Shown here one piece after another: positions 1 to 20,752 of a DNA stretch of 64,000 nucleotides. A model generated the notes under the pieces. That model saw nothing but the letters and a program-made list of their open reading frames with translations. It made no database searches and was not told the DNA's origin. The translations under genes and the position numbers were made by a program. Position 1 is the stretch's first letter. Every line of letters starts with the position of its first letter. Source of the DNA: Myxococcota bacterium (GTDB lineage Bacteria > Myxococcota_A > UBA9160 > JAFDDA01); NCBI GenBank assembly GCA_965228475.1, contig OZ245817.1, positions 1,632,001 through 1,696,000 of the forward strand, in the 5' to 3' direction.

Positions 1-2
1 TC

Positions 3-311
3 GGCCCGCGCGGCCTGATGCCGAACCCGAAGCTCGGCACCGTGACCATGGACGTCACGACCGCCGTGCAGGAGAACAAGGCGGGCAAGGTCGAGTACCG
101 CGTCGACAAGAACGGCATCGTTCACGTCGCCGTCGGCAAGCGCTCGTTCGACAAGGACCACCTGGTGGACAACGCGGCGGCGATCCTCGACGCGGTGATC
201 AAGGCCAAGCCGGCCGCCGCCAAGGGCACCTATCTCAAGAAGATCTCGATTTCGTCCACGATGGGGCCGAGCGTGCGCATCGACGCCGCCTCCGTCGGGG
301 CGGCGGCGTAG
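3..311 (+). CDS. rplA: 50S ribosomal protein uL1, C-terminal part (5' truncated by window edge)
   Basis: [15 protein letters not shown]...[13 protein letters not shown]...[16 protein letters not shown] is the uL1 C-terminal half; lies directly upstream of rplJ. Confidence 0.97.
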   Translation, partial: GPRGLMPNPKLGTVTMDVTTAVQENKAGKVEYRVDKNGIVHVAVGKRSFDKDHLVDNAAAILDAVIKAKPAAAKGTYLKKISISSTMGPSVRIDAASVGAAA

Positions 312-320
312 GGGGCGGAA

Positions 321-848
321 GTGCTTACGCGAGGCCAGAAGGAAGAGCAGGTCGCGGACCTGCGCGGGAAGTTCGAAGCCGCGACGAGCATCATCGTGGC
401 GGACTATCGCGGGCTCGACGTGCCGGCGGTGAACGACCTGCGCGGGAAGCTGCGCGAGGGCGGCCACGAATACCGCGTCGCCAAGAACTCGCTCATGAAG
501 ATCGCGGCGGCCGGCACCGGCGCCGAGGTCATCACCGAGAAGTTCACGGGGCCGACGGCGATCGCCATCTCCGCCGGGGATCCGGCCGGGCTCGCCAAGA
601 CGCTGGTCGAGTACGCGAAGGAGAACGAAGCCTTCGAGATCACCGGCGGCATGGTGGATGGCAAGGCACTCGAGGTGGCCGAGATCGGCACCCTCGCCAC
701 GCTGCCTTCGCTCGACTCCCTGCGCGGCAAGATCATCGGCCTGCTGCAGGCGCCGGCAACGAAGATCGCGGGCGTGCTCCAGGCGCCGGCCGGGCAGCTG
801 GCCCGCCTCGCCGCGGCTCGCAAGGACCAGCTCGGAGAGGGCGCCTAG
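321..848 (+). CDS. rplJ: 50S ribosomal protein uL10
   Basis: GTG start; DYRGL, VAKNSL, FTGPTAIA and LATLPS motifs; position between rplA and rplL. Confidence 0.96.
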   Translation: MLTRGQKEEQVADLRGKFEAATSIIVADYRGLDVPAVNDLRGKLREGGHEYRVAKNSLMKIAAAGTGAEVITEKFTGPTAIAISAGDPAGLAKTLVEYAKENEAFEITGGMVDGKALEVAEIGTLATLPSLDSLRGKIIGLLQAPATKIAGVLQAPAGQLARLAAARKDQLGEGA

Positions 849-973
849 CGCCACGTGTCATGCGGACGGCCCCCGCCCTGGGCGGGGAGCGTCCGAGGGA
901 ATCCAAAACCGTCGCGGGACGTATCCCGCCCATCCGGCCGTCGAGCCGGAGCAGCAAGAAGGACTGAAACGAA

Positions 974-1354
974 ATGGCCGATCTCAACGCAATTGCCGAT
1001 CAGCTCTCGGAGCTCACCGTCATGGAAGCCGCCGAGCTCGCCACGCTTCTCGAGGAGAAGTGGGGCGTCTCCGCCGCTGCACCCGTGGCCGTCGCCGCCG
1101 CCGGTGGCGGGGGTGGCGAAGCCGCCGCTGCCGCCGAGGACAAGGACGAGTTCGACGTCATCCTCGTCTCCGCCGGCGACAAGAAGATCCAGGTCATCAA
1201 GGAGGTGCGTGGCATCACGTCCCTCGGCCTGAAGGAAGCCAAGGAGCTCGTCGAAGGTGCACCCAAGCCGATCAAGGAAGGCGTGCCGAAGGACGAGGCC
1301 GAAGAGATCAAGAAGAAGATCGAAGAGGCCGGCGGGCAGGCGGACGTCAAATAG
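974..1354 (+). CDS. rplL: 50S ribosomal protein bL12
   Basis: [12 protein letters not shown], Ala/Gly hinge, [25 protein letters not shown]. Confidence 0.98.
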   Translation: MADLNAIADQLSELTVMEAAELATLLEEKWGVSAAAPVAVAAAGGGGGEAAAAAEDKDEFDVILVSAGDKKIQVIKEVRGITSLGLKEAKELVEGAPKPIKEGVPKDEAEEIKKKIEEAGGQADVK

Positions 1355-1448
1355 CCACCGGGTCGAGCATTCGGTTCGAGCCCGCTGACGCAGAGTCGCG
1401 TCCGCGGGCCATTTCCTGTTGCACCTTCTCCGGAGGGGGGTACCGAGC

Positions 1449-5636
<4,188 letters not shown>

Positions 5637-5648
5637 AGGGGCTGCACC

Positions 5649-9818
<4,170 letters not shown>

Positions 9819-9843
9819 GGCCCTCGAGCGGATTTCGAACGTC

Positions 9844-9884
9844 GAGCGGCGCTGTCCCCGCGGGGGCAGCGCCGCTCTGCTTTT
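9844..9884 (+). terminator. Intrinsic terminator after rpoC
   Basis: GAGCGGCGCTGTCCC/GGGGCAGCGCCGCTC stem followed by TGCTTTT. Confidence 0.75.
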
Positions 9885-9933
9885 CGGGGGCCGGGCGGCC
9901 TCGAAAGGCCGGATCCGGGGCTCCGGCAACCGG

Positions 9934-9961
9934 TTGACAGCCCACCTAAGCCAGTTAGAAT
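9934..9961 (+). promoter_or_regulatory. Sigma70-type promoter of the str operon
   Basis: TTGACA (9934-9939), 16-nt spacer, TAGAAT (9956-9961). Confidence 0.8.
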
Positions 9962-10219
9962 GCTGCCGTTTTCGCGATCAGTGCGCAGGTTCTTCGACCG
10001 CGCCTTGACCCGTCGGAGTGGGTTGCCCGAGCTCCCGCGTTCCGGTCTCTCCGAAGGTCAAGGTTGGACGGCCGGGGGCTTGTCGTCTCTGCTTTCCGGT
10101 GCATTTCCAGGGCACCGGGTTTCTTCAACGGTCGGTTCGCGCGGCATGCCGTGCGCGCCACCACAGAACGGCCGCCGCGTGCGTGCACGCCGGCCACATC
10201 GGAATGGAGTGGGGATCTC

Positions 10220-10591
10220 ATGCCCACATTTCAGCAGTTGGTTCGAAAGGGTCGCAAGCGCAAGCCCAATCGCTCCACCGCCCCGGACTTGATGAAGTCG
10301 CCGCAGAAGCGCGCCGTTTGTCTGCGCGTCTACACCGCGACGCCGAAGAAGCCGAACTCCGCGCTCCGCAAGGTCGCGCGTGTTCGTCTGACGAACGGGC
10401 GCGAGGTGAACGCGTACATCCCGGGCGTCGGGCATACGCTCCAGGAGCACTCGGTGGTCCTGGTTCGCGGCGGGCGCGTGAAGGATCTGCCGGGCGTGCG
10501 TTACCACATCGTGCGCGGTGCGCTCGATGCCACGGGCGTGGCGGATCGTCACCAGAGCCGCTCGAAGTACGGCGCCAAGCGCCCGAAGTAG
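10220..10591 (+). CDS. rpsL: 30S ribosomal protein uS12
   Basis: [47 protein letters not shown] at 10220 with upstream GGAG. Confidence 0.98.
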   Translation: MPTFQQLVRKGRKRKPNRSTAPDLMKSPQKRAVCLRVYTATPKKPNSALRKVARVRLTNGREVNAYIPGVGHTLQEHSVVLVRGGRVKDLPGVRYHIVRGALDATGVADRHQSRSKYGAKRPK

Positions 10592-10600
10592 TTTTTTCCC

Positions 10601-10634
10601 CGATGGCCGGCGAGGGTTGCCCCGCCGGCCGTTG
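10601..10634 (+). promoter_or_regulatory. Hairpin in the rpsL-rpsG spacer (possible uS7 autoregulatory element)
   Basis: CGATGGCCGGCG...CGCCGGCCGTTG stem is seen directly; the function is inferred from the E. coli S7 operator being in this spacer. Confidence 0.3.
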
Positions 10635-10664
10635 CTCGTTTGCAAGCGGAGGACGCAGGACACC

Positions 10665-11135
10665 ATGCCTCGTCGACGAGAAGTACCCAAGCGCGACATG
10701 CAGCCGGACCCCCGATACGGGGATCGGCTGCTCGGTCGTTTCATCAACGTCGTCATGCGGGACGGCAAGAAGAGCACCTCGGAGAAGGTGATCTACGGCG
10801 CTTTCGAGATCATCGAGAGCAAGACGCGCAACGACCCGCTGCAGATGTTCCGCCGCGCCATGGACAACATCCGGCCCCGCGTCGAGGTGAAGTCCCGGCG
10901 CGTCGGCGGCGCGACGTACCAGGTGCCGATCGAGGTGCGCCCCGAGCGCGCGACGTCCCTCGCCATGCGCTGGCTGAAGGACTACTCGCGAGCCCGTGAC
11001 GGCAAGAGCTTCGCGGACAAGCTGGCGAACGAGATCATCGATGCGGCCAACGAGCGTGGCGAGAGCGTGAAGAAGCGCGACGACACGCACCGCATGGCAG
11101 ACGCGAACAAGGCGTTCGCGCACTACCGCTGGTAA
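10665..11135 (+). CDS. rpsG: 30S ribosomal protein uS7
   Basis: [40 protein letters not shown]. Confidence 0.98.
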   Translation: MPRRREVPKRDMQPDPRYGDRLLGRFINVVMRDGKKSTSEKVIYGAFEIIESKTRNDPLQMFRRAMDNIRPRVEVKSRRVGGATYQVPIEVRPERATSLAMRWLKDYSRARDGKSFADKLANEIIDAANERGESVKKRDDTHRMADANKAFAHYRW

Positions 11136-11183
11136 CGAACCCCCTGGCGTAGCGGGACGGTCCCGCAGCGCCCCGAGTGAGAC

Positions 11184-13250
11184 ATGGCACGCACGTCCCT
11201 CGAAAGAACAAGGAACATCGGCATCATGGCGCACATCGATGCCGGGAAGACCACGACCACGGAGCGGGTCCTGTTCTATACGGGCGTGAACTACAAGATC
11301 GGTGAAGTTCACGATGGCGCGGCCACGATGGACTGGATGGAGCAGGAGCAGGAGCGTGGCATCACGATCACGTCCGCTGCGACGACCTGCTTCTGGAAGG
11401 ACCACCGCATCAACATCATCGACACGCCCGGGCACGTGGACTTCACCATCGAGGTCGAGCGTTCGCTCCGCGTGCTCGACGGTGCGGTGGCCGTGTTCTG
11501 TGGCGTCGGCGGCGTCGAGCCCCAGTCCGAGACGGTCTGGCGCCAGGCGGACCGCTACGGCGTGCCCCGCATCGCCTTCGTCAACAAGATGGACCGCGTG
11601 GGCGCGGACTTCGGCCGCGTGGTCGAGATGATCCGCGAGCGCCTGGGCGCGAACCCGGTGCCGCTCCAGGTTCCGATGGGCGCCGAGGACACGTTCCGCG
11701 GCGTGATCGACGTGATCGAAGAGAAGGCCATCGTCTGGAACGACGACTCCCTCGGCGCGGAGTTCCAGGAGGAGCCGATCCCGGAGGATCTCGTGCCGGC
11801 CTTCGAGGCCGCCCGCGAGCTGGTCATCGAGGCCGCCGCGGACTTCGACGACGACCTCGCCGTCCGCTTCCTCGAGGGCGAGGCCATCGAGCCGGCCGCC
11901 CTGCGCAAGGCGCTTCGCCAGGCCGCCCTCGAGCTCAAGATCGTGCCCGTGCTGTGCGGCACGGCCTTCAAGAACAAGGGCGTCCAGCCGTTGCTGGACG
12001 CGATCATCGAGTATCTGCCTTCGCCCCTCGACGTGCCGCCGGTGGAAGCCCAATCCGTGAAGCGCGGCGAGACGGTGCTGCGGAAGGCCAGCGACGACGA
12101 GCCCTTCTCGGCCCTGGCGTTCAAGATCATGAGCGACAAGCACGTCGGCAGCCTGACCTACGTGCGCGTCTACTCCGGCAAGGTCGAGCCGGGCAAGCAG
12201 CTCCTGAACGCCGCGACGGACAAGAAGGAGCGCGTCGGGCGCATCCTCCAGATGCACGCGAACAAGCGCCAGGAAGTGGATTCCCTCCACGCCGGCGACA
12301 TCGCGGCGATCGTCGGCATGAAGACGGTCCGCACGGGCGACACCCTGGCCGACCCGAAGCATCCGGTGCTGCTCGAGTCCATCGAATTCCCGGAGCCGGT
12401 CATCTCGATCGCGATCGAGGCCAAGACCAAGGCCGACATGGACCGCCTGGGCGCGGCCCTCGAGCGGCTGGCCCAGGAGGACCCGTCCTTCCGCGTCTCG
12501 GTCAACGAAGAGACCGCCCAGACCATCATCTCCGGCATGGGTGAGTTGCACCTCGAGATCATCACGGACCGCCTGGTGCGCGAGTTCAACGTCGACGCCA
12601 ACGTCGGCGCGCCGCAGGTCGCCTTCAAGGAGACGATCCGCAAGGCGGTGAGCGTCGAGGGCCGCTACATCAAGCAGAGCGGCGGCTCGGGCGACTTCGG
12701 TGTGGTCCAGCTCGAGGTGGAGCCGGGCGAGCCGGGCTCGGGCTTCGTCTTCGAGACGGCCGTCAAGGGCGGCAGCGTCCCGAAGGAGTACTTCAACCCG
12801 ATCCGCCAGGGCTGCGAAGAGGCCTGCCAGAGCGGCGAGCTCGCGGGCTATCCGGTGGTCGACGTGAAGGTCACCCTGGTCGACGGCCAGACGCACGAGG
12901 TCGATTCCTCGGAGCGCTCCTTCAAGATCGCCGGCTCCCTCGGCATGCGCGAGGCGCTGCGCACGGCGGGCCCGGTGCTGCTCGAGCCGGTGATGTCCGT
13001 CGAGGTCGTGACCCCGGAGGACTTCGTCGGCGGCGTGCAGGGCGACCTCAACAGCCGCCGCGGACAGATCACGGGAATCGAGATGCGCGCGGGGGCGCAG
13101 GTCATCCAGGCCGACGTCCCGCTCGCGACCATGTTCGGCTACGTCAACAACCTCCGGTCGATGACCCAGGGTCGGGCGACCTACACGATGCAGTTCAAGA
13201 ACTACATGCAGGTACCGGAGAACGTCGCCGCGGGGCTGGCACACCGCTAG
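11184..13250 (+). CDS. fusA: Elongation factor G
   Basis: [35 protein letters not shown]; str operon position. Confidence 0.96.
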   Translation: MARTSLERTRNIGIMAHIDAGKTTTTERVLFYTGVNYKIGEVHDGAATMDWMEQEQERGITITSAATTCFWKDHRINIIDTPGHVDFTIEVERSLRVLDGAVAVFCGVGGVEPQSETVWRQADRYGVPRIAFVNKMDRVGADFGRVVEMIRERLGANPVPLQVPMGAEDTFRGVIDVIEEKAIVWNDDSLGAEFQEEPIPEDLVPAFEAARELVIEAAADFDDDLAVRFLEGEAIEPAALRKALRQAALELKIVPVLCGTAFKNKGVQPLLDAIIEYLPSPLDVPPVEAQSVKRGETVLRKASDDEPFSALAFKIMSDKHVGSLTYVRVYSGKVEPGKQLLNAATDKKERVGRILQMHANKRQEVDSLHAGDIAAIVGMKTVRTGDTLADPKHPVLLESIEFPEPVISIAIEAKTKADMDRLGAALERLAQEDPSFRVSVNEETAQTIISGMGELHLEIITDRLVREFNVDANVGAPQVAFKETIRKAVSVEGRYIKQSGGSGDFGVVQLEVEPGEPGSGFVFETAVKGGSVPKEYFNPIRQGCEEACQSGELAGYPVVDVKVTLVDGQTHEVDSSERSFKIAGSLGMREALRTAGPVLLEPVMSVEVVTPEDFVGGVQGDLNSRRGQITGIEMRAGAQVIQADVPLATMFGYVNNLRSMTQGRATYTMQFKNYMQVPENVAAGLAHR

Positions 13251-13313
13251 CTCGCGGAGATCAACCGCCCCGCTGGCAAGACGGTCAGGGTGGCGAAAGG
13301 AAGAGGCGAAGGA

Positions 13314-14504
<1,191 letters not shown>

Positions 14505-14554
14505 CCACCCGAGGGTGGAACTTCGGATGGCTCGGCCATCCAGGAAAGACTGTT

Positions 14555-14872
14555 ATGGCTGACCTCGCACAGCAGAAGATCCGGATCCGGATGAAGGCGT
14601 ACGACTTCCGGCTGCTCGACCAGAGCGCGTCGGAGATCGTGGATACCGCCATCCGGACGGGCGCCCGGCTCGCCGGCCCCATTCCGCTTCCGACCACGAT
14701 CAACAAGTACACGGTCCTCCGGGGCCCGAACATCGACAAGAAGTCGCGCGAGCAGTTCGAGGTGCGCACGCACCGCCGGCTGATCGACATCCTGGAGCCG
14801 ACCCCGCAGACGGTCGACGCCCTGATGAAGCTCGAGCTCGCCGCCGGTGTCGACGTGGAGATCAAGCTCTAG
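14555..14872 (+). CDS. rpsJ: 30S ribosomal protein uS10
   Basis: [35 protein letters not shown]. Confidence 0.98.
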   Translation: MADLAQQKIRIRMKAYDFRLLDQSASEIVDTAIRTGARLAGPIPLPTTINKYTVLRGPNIDKKSREQFEVRTHRRLIDILEPTPQTVDALMKLELAAGVDVEIKL

Positions 14873-14874
14873 CC

Positions 14875-15528
14875 ATGGCGACCCTCGACGTGAAAACCCT
14901 CGCCGGGAAGAAGAGCGGCACCATCGACCTCGACCCCGTCGTGTTCGAGGCCACGGTGAAGCCGCACCTCTTCCACGCGGAGGTCCGAAGGCAGTTGGCG
15001 GGACGCCGTGCGGGCACCCACGCCACCAAGAATCGCTCGCGCGTTTCGGGCGGCGGTGCCAAGCCGTTCCGGCAGAAGGGCACGGGCCGCGCCCGTGCCG
15101 GTACGACGCGTGCGCCCCAGTGGACGGGCGGCGGCGTCGTGTTCGGCCCGGTGCCGCGCAGCTACGACCACAAGCTTCCGAAGAAGATGCGCCGCGCGGC
15201 CCTCCGCAGCGCCGTCTCGGCACGCGTGGCCGAGCAGGCCGTGACGGTGGTCGACGCACTCGAGCTCGAAGCGGCCAAGACCCGCGAGCTCGTGGCGAAG
15301 CTCGGCGCCCTGGACCTCGCCGAGCGCTCGGTGCTGATCGTGATCGCCGAGGCCGACGAGAAGGTCGAGCGCGCTTCCCGGAACCTGCCGAACGTCGGTG
15401 CGATTCGCGCCGACGGCCTCAACGTCTACGACGTCCTGCGCCACGAGCATCTGCTCATGACCCAGGCCGGCGCCGAGGCGGTGGCCCGGCGGCTCGGCGA
15501 CTCCGCCGAGGAAGGGGCTGCATCGTGA
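14875..15528 (+). CDS. rplD: 50S ribosomal protein uL4
   Basis: [43 protein letters not shown]. Confidence 0.97.
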   Translation: MATLDVKTLAGKKSGTIDLDPVVFEATVKPHLFHAEVRRQLAGRRAGTHATKNRSRVSGGGAKPFRQKGTGRARAGTTRAPQWTGGGVVFGPVPRSYDHKLPKKMRRAALRSAVSARVAEQAVTVVDALELEAAKTRELVAKLGALDLAERSVLIVIAEADEKVERASRNLPNVGAIRADGLNVYDVLRHEHLLMTQAGAEAVARRLGDSAEEGAAS

Positions 15529-15812
15529 ACGTGCATCAAGTCATTCGCCGGCCGCTCGTCACGGAGAAGAGCAGCATCGGGCGCGAGGAGCAGAACCTCG
15601 TGACCTTTGCCGTCGCTCCCGACGCGAACAAGCCGGAGATCAAGCGGGCCGTCGAGTCGCTGTTCCAGGTGAACGTGCTCGAGGTCCGGACCATGCGGAT
15701 GCCCCGCAAGTCGCGCCGGGTGGGCGCGCACATGGGGCGCAAGCCGGAGTGGAAGAAGGCGATCGTGCGGCTGGCCGAAGGCCAGGCGATCGAATTCTTC
15801 GAAGGAGTCTAG
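15525..15812 (+). CDS. rplW: 50S ribosomal protein uL23
   Basis: GTGA overlap with rplD stop; [32 protein letters not shown]. Confidence 0.96.
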   Translation: MNVHQVIRRPLVTEKSSIGREEQNLVTFAVAPDANKPEIKRAVESLFQVNVLEVRTMRMPRKSRRVGAHMGRKPEWKKAIVRLAEGQAIEFFEGV

Positions 15813-15813
15813 G

Positions 15814-16644
15814 ATGGCCGTCAAGAACTACCGGCCGATGACCCCCGGACGACGGGGCATGTCCGTCTCGGACTTCGCCGAGCTGACGCGGGGCAAGCCC
15901 GAGCGCTCGCTCGTCACCGGTCTCGTGAAGAAGAGCGGCGGGCGAAACAGCAACGGGCGGATCACGGCCTGGCACCGGGGCGGCGGGCACAAGCGCCGCT
16001 ACCGAAAGATCGACTTCCGCCGCGACAAGCTCGGCGTTCCGGCCAAGGTCGCTGCCATCGAATACGACCCGAACCGGTCCGCGAACATCGCGCTGCTGCA
16101 CTATGCCGACGGCGAGAAGCGCTACATCCTCTCGCCGACGGACCTCCGCGTCGGGGACACGATCTCCTCGGGGCCGGATGCCGAGGTTCGGCCGGGCAAC
16201 GCGATCCCGATCGCCCGCATCCCGCTCGGCACCGTGCTGCACGCCATCGAGATGAAGCCCGGCAAGGGCGCCCAGCTCGTGCGGGCCGCCGGCGGCTCAG
16301 CGCAGCTCATGGCTCGCGAAGGCCGCTACGCCACGCTGCGTCTCCCGAGCGGTGAGCACCGCAAGATCCTCGTCGATTGCATGGCGACCATCGGCCAGGT
16401 CGGAAACCTGGACCACGAGAACCAGAGCATCGGCAAGGCGGGCCGCTCCCGTTGGAAGGGCAAGCGCTCGAACGTGCGCGGCGTCGCCATGAACCCGGTC
16501 GATCACCCGATGGGAGGCGGCGAGGGCCGCACTTCGGGCGGCCGCCAGCCTTGTACGCCCTGGGGCAAGCCGACCAAGGGCTACAAGACGCGCAGCAACA
16601 AGAGTTCCGATCGGTACATCGTCAAGAAGCGAGGGAAGAAGTAA
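15814..16644 (+). CDS. rplB: 50S ribosomal protein uL2
   Basis: [44 protein letters not shown]. Confidence 0.99.
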   Translation: MAVKNYRPMTPGRRGMSVSDFAELTRGKPERSLVTGLVKKSGGRNSNGRITAWHRGGGHKRRYRKIDFRRDKLGVPAKVAAIEYDPNRSANIALLHYADGEKRYILSPTDLRVGDTISSGPDAEVRPGNAIPIARIPLGTVLHAIEMKPGKGAQLVRAAGGSAQLMAREGRYATLRLPSGEHRKILVDCMATIGQVGNLDHENQSIGKAGRSRWKGKRSNVRGVAMNPVDHPMGGGEGRTSGGRQPCTPWGKPTKGYKTRSNKSSDRYIVKKRGKK

Positions 16645-16919
16645 TGGCCCGTTCGCTCCGCAAGGGCCCGTTCGTCGAGCCGAGCCTCCAGCGCAAGGTC
16701 GACAAGCTGCAGGAATCCGGTTCGAAGCAGGTCATCCGCACCTGGTCGCGGCGCTCGATGATCGCCCCGGATTTCGTGGGACTCACGTTCCACGTGCACA
16801 ACGGGAAGCTGTTCATTCCCGTCTTCGTGACGGAGAACATGGTCGGTCATCGCCTCGGCGAGTTCTCTCCGACCCGCAAGTTCACCGGCCACGCGACGGA
16901 CAAGAAGGTCAAGGGCTGA
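16644..16919 (+). CDS. rpsS: 30S ribosomal protein uS19
   Basis: TAATG overlap; [32 protein letters not shown]. Confidence 0.97.
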   Translation: MARSLRKGPFVEPSLQRKVDKLQESGSKQVIRTWSRRSMIAPDFVGLTFHVHNGKLFIPVFVTENMVGHRLGEFSPTRKFTGHATDKKVKG

Positions 16920-17269
16920 TGGCGGCTGCGAAGGCGAGACTCAGGAACTACCGCGTCAGCACGCGCCGCGCGCGCCTGCTGGCCGACCAGATCCGCGGCA
17001 AGCAGGTCGAGGAGGCGCTCGCGCTGCTCGATCTCTCGACGCGCCGGTTCGCCCGGCCGCTCGCGAAGCTCGTGCGTTCGGCCGTGGCCAACGCGCAGGA
17101 GAGCAACGACCGCGACAAGGCCGGCATCGACGTCGACAACCTGGTCGTGAGTCAGATCAGCGTGGACGAGGGCGCCAGCATGTGGCGCATCAAGGCGCGT
17201 GCGCAGGGCCGGGCGGCCTGGATCCAGAAGCGCACGAGCCACGTGCAACTCGAGCTCGAAGAGCGTTAG
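16919..17269 (+). CDS. rplV: 50S ribosomal protein uL22
   Basis: ARLLADQIRGK, SAVANA, RAQGRA...KRTSH. Confidence 0.96.
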   Translation: MAAAKARLRNYRVSTRRARLLADQIRGKQVEEALALLDLSTRRFARPLAKLVRSAVANAQESNDRDKAGIDVDNLVVSQISVDEGASMWRIKARAQGRAAWIQKRTSHVQLELEER

Positions 17270-17278
17270 GGGCGATTC

Positions 17279-17962
<684 letters not shown>

Positions 17963-17965
17963 GCC

Positions 17966-18382
17966 ATGCTCCAACCGAAGAAGGTCAAGCACCGCAAGCA
18001 GCACAAGGGCCGCATCCGTGGAAAGGCGCTCCGTGGCAACACGATCGCCTTCGGCGAATACGGCCTGCAGACGCTCGAGGCGGGGCGCATCACGGCCCGC
18101 CAGATCGAGGCGGCCCGGATCGCGATGACCCGCCACGTGAAGCGCGGCGGGAAGGTCTGGATCCGGCTCTTCCCGGACAAGCCCGTGACGAAGAAGCCCG
18201 CCGAAACCCGGATGGGTAAGGGCAAGGGCAACCCGGAAGAGTGGGTGGCGATCGTTCGCCCCGGCAAGATGCTCTACGAGATGGAGGGTGTGCCGGTGGA
18301 TATCGCGCGCGCGGCCCTGCGCCTGGCGGCCCACAAGCTGCCCGTCGCCACCAAGATCGTGGTGCGCGAGGAGGGCGTATGA
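17966..18382 (+). CDS. rplP: 50S ribosomal protein uL16
   Basis: [30 protein letters not shown]. Confidence 0.98.
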   Translation: MLQPKKVKHRKQHKGRIRGKALRGNTIAFGEYGLQTLEAGRITARQIEAARIAMTRHVKRGGKVWIRLFPDKPVTKKPAETRMGKGKGNPEEWVAIVRPGKMLYEMEGVPVDIARAALRLAAHKLPVATKIVVREEGV

Positions 18383-18579
18383 AGGCGTCGGAGATTCGTG
18401 AGCTTTCCGAGGAGGAACTCGTGGCCAAGGCCGACGAGATCCGCGGTGAGCTCTTCAACCTCAAGGTGAAGCATGCCACCGGGCAGCTCGAAGACACCGC
18501 CCGGCTGGCGCACCTGCGCCGCGACGTGGCGCGGCTCGAGACGGTGGCCCGAGAGCGGCGGGAGGCGACGAAATCATGA
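18379..18579 (+). CDS. rpmC: 50S ribosomal protein uL29
   Basis: ATGA overlap; [10 protein letters not shown]...ELFNLK...TGQLE...RRDVARLET. Confidence 0.96.
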   Translation: MKASEIRELSEEELVAKADEIRGELFNLKVKHATGQLEDTARLAHLRRDVARLETVARERREATKS

Positions 18580-18839
18580 GCGACCGGGGGATGCGCCGGA
18601 CCCTCGTCGGGACGGTGGTCAGCGACAAGATGGACAAGACCGTGGTGGTCCGCGTCGATCGGCTGGTCAAGGACCGGACCTACAAGAAGTACGTCAACCG
18701 CTTCACGCGGTACATGGCGCACGACGAGGCGAATACGTGCGCGGTCGGAGACCGCGTCCAAATCATCGAGCACCGTCCGCTTTCGAAGAAGAAGCGGTGG
18801 AAGGTGCAGTCGACGCTGACCAAGGCCGTCGGCGTCTAG
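18576..18839 (+). CDS. rpsQ: 30S ribosomal protein uS17
   Basis: [27 protein letters not shown]. Confidence 0.97.
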   Translation: MSDRGMRRTLVGTVVSDKMDKTVVVRVDRLVKDRTYKKYVNRFTRYMAHDEANTCAVGDRVQIIEHRPLSKKKRWKVQSTLTKAVGV

Positions 18840-18854
18840 GCGAGGGAACGGGAG

Positions 18855-19223
18855 ATGATCCAAGCAGAGTCGACGCTTCAGGTCGCCGACAACTCCGGTG
18901 CCCGCAAGCTCTCCTGCATCAAGGTGCTGGGTGGCTCGAAGCGCAAGTACGCCTCGATCGGCGACATCGTGGTCGTCTCCGTCAAGGAGGCGATCCCGAA
19001 CGCTCGCGTGAAGAAGGGTGAGGTGCGCAAGGCCGTGGTCGTGCGGACGGCGAAGGGGATCGGTCGCGCCGACGGCTCGATCATCCGCTTCGACGACAAC
19101 GCCGCTGTCCTGATCGACAACCAGCGCGAGCCCGTCGGGACGCGCATCTTCGGCCCCGTCGCTCGCGAGCTCCGTGGGCGCCGCTTCATGAAGATCATTT
19201 CGCTCGCGCCGGAGGTCCTGTGA
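18855..19223 (+). CDS. rplN: 50S ribosomal protein uL14
   Basis: [45 protein letters not shown]. Confidence 0.99.
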   Translation: MIQAESTLQVADNSGARKLSCIKVLGGSKRKYASIGDIVVVSVKEAIPNARVKKGEVRKAVVVRTAKGIGRADGSIIRFDDNAAVLIDNQREPVGTRIFGPVARELRGRRFMKIISLAPEVL

Positions 19224-19765
19224 TGGTCCCCCGTCTGCTCGAACGCTACCGCGGCGACACCACCGGCAAGCTCCGCGAGGAGTTCGGCTACGCGAACCCG
19301 CACCAGGTGCCGCGCCTCGACAAGATCGTGGTGAACATGGGTCTCGGTGAGGCCGTCGCCAACCCGAAGATCATCGAGCGCGCCGTCGAGGAGCTGGCCG
19401 AGATCACGGGCCAGAAGCCCGTCGTTCGCCGCGCTCGCAAGTCGATCGCCAACTTCAAGCTCCGCCAGGGGCAGGCGATCGGGGCGTCGGTGACGCTGCG
19501 CGGCGTCCGCATGTGGGAGTTCTACGACCGCCTCGTCAGCACCGCGCTGCCGCGCGTGCGGGACTTCCAGGGCGTCTCCCCGAAGGCCTTCGACGGCCGA
19601 GGCAACTACACCCTCGGGGTTCGTGAGCAGATCATCTTCCCCGAAGTGGACTACGACAAGGTCGAGCGGATCACCGGCCTGAACGTGACGGTGTGCACGA
19701 CGGCCCGGACGGACAACGAGGCGCGGGCGCTGCTCGCCCACCTCGGAATGCCGTTCCGGAACTAG
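19223..19765 (+). CDS. rplE: 50S ribosomal protein uL5
   Basis: [38 protein letters not shown] overlap with rplN (in-frame GTG at 19220 is an alternative start). Confidence 0.97.
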   Translation: MVPRLLERYRGDTTGKLREEFGYANPHQVPRLDKIVVNMGLGEAVANPKIIERAVEELAEITGQKPVVRRARKSIANFKLRQGQAIGASVTLRGVRMWEFYDRLVSTALPRVRDFQGVSPKAFDGRGNYTLGVREQIIFPEVDYDKVERITGLNVTVCTTARTDNEARALLAHLGMPFRN

Positions 19766-19812
19766 GCCGCCGAGATCACCCGCGAGAACGACCTGCGAGA
19801 AGGAACGAAGCC

Positions 19813-20208
19813 ATGATGACCGACCCCATCTCCGACATGCTGACGCGCATCCGCAACGCGCAGCGCGCTCGCCATGCCGAGGTCCGGCTGCCCGCCTCGA
19901 AGCTGAAGCTCGCCGTCGCCCAGGTGCTCCAGGCCCAGGGCTACGTGACCGACGTCGGCCTCGACGAGACCGCGGACAAGCCCACCCTGCGCATGGGCAT
20001 GCGCTACCGCGACGACGGCCGCGAGATGATCGACGGTCTTTCCCGGATCTCGCGCCCGAGCCGCCGCGTGTACGTGGCCGCCGAGGAAGTGCCCAAGGTC
20101 CGCAACGGCCTCGGCATCGCGATCCTGTCCACCTCCCAGGGGGTGATGACCGACCAAGACGCCCGCGAGAAGAACGTGGGCGGCGAAGTGCTCTGCGAGG
20201 TCTGGTAG
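19813..20208 (+). CDS. rpsH: 30S ribosomal protein uS8
   Basis: MMTDPISDMLTRIRNA, RISRPSRRVY, GLGIAILSTSQG, GGEVLCEVW. Confidence 0.98.
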   Translation: MMTDPISDMLTRIRNAQRARHAEVRLPASKLKLAVAQVLQAQGYVTDVGLDETADKPTLRMGMRYRDDGREMIDGLSRISRPSRRVYVAAEEVPKVRNGLGIAILSTSQGVMTDQDAREKNVGGEVLCEVW

Positions 20209-20210
20209 CC

Positions 20211-20750
20211 ATGTCCCGCGTAGGAAACGCACCCATCTCCCTGCCGAAGGGAGTCGATCTGGCGCTCACCGAGGGCGAGATGCGCGTGAAGGGCCCGAAG
20301 GGGACGCTCGCGCGCCCGCTGCCGGCCGGGATCGCCCTCGACGTCAGCGACGGAACCGCGACGCTCAAGCGCCCGGACGATTCGAAGACGGCCCGCTCGA
20401 TGCACGGCCTCGCTCGCGCGCTGCTGAACAACATGGTCACGGGCGTGACCGACGGATTCACGAAGGTCCTCGAGATCCAGGGCGTCGGTTACCGCGCTGC
20501 AGCGAGCGGCAAGAACCTGAACCTCGTGCTCGGCTTCTCGCACCCGGTGGACATGCCGATTCCCGAGGGCATCAAGGTCTCCGTCGAAAACAACACCCTC
20601 ATCACCATCGAGGGGATCGACAAGGAGAAGGTCGGACAGTTCGCAGCGGACGTCCGCAAGTGGCGGCCGCCGGAGCCCTACAAGGGCAAGGGCATCCGTT
20701 ATCAGGGTGAGCAGATCCGCCGCAAGGTCGGCAAGGCAGGAGCGGCCTAA
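20211..20750 (+). CDS. rplF: 50S ribosomal protein uL6
   Basis: VKGPKG, GVGYRA, LGFSHP, RPPEPYKGKGIRY. Confidence 0.98.
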   Translation: MSRVGNAPISLPKGVDLALTEGEMRVKGPKGTLARPLPAGIALDVSDGTATLKRPDDSKTARSMHGLARALLNNMVTGVTDGFTKVLEIQGVGYRAAASGKNLNLVLGFSHPVDMPIPEGIKVSVENNTLITIEGIDKEKVGQFAADVRKWRPPEPYKGKGIRYQGEQIRRKVGKAGAA

Positions 20751-20752
20751 CG

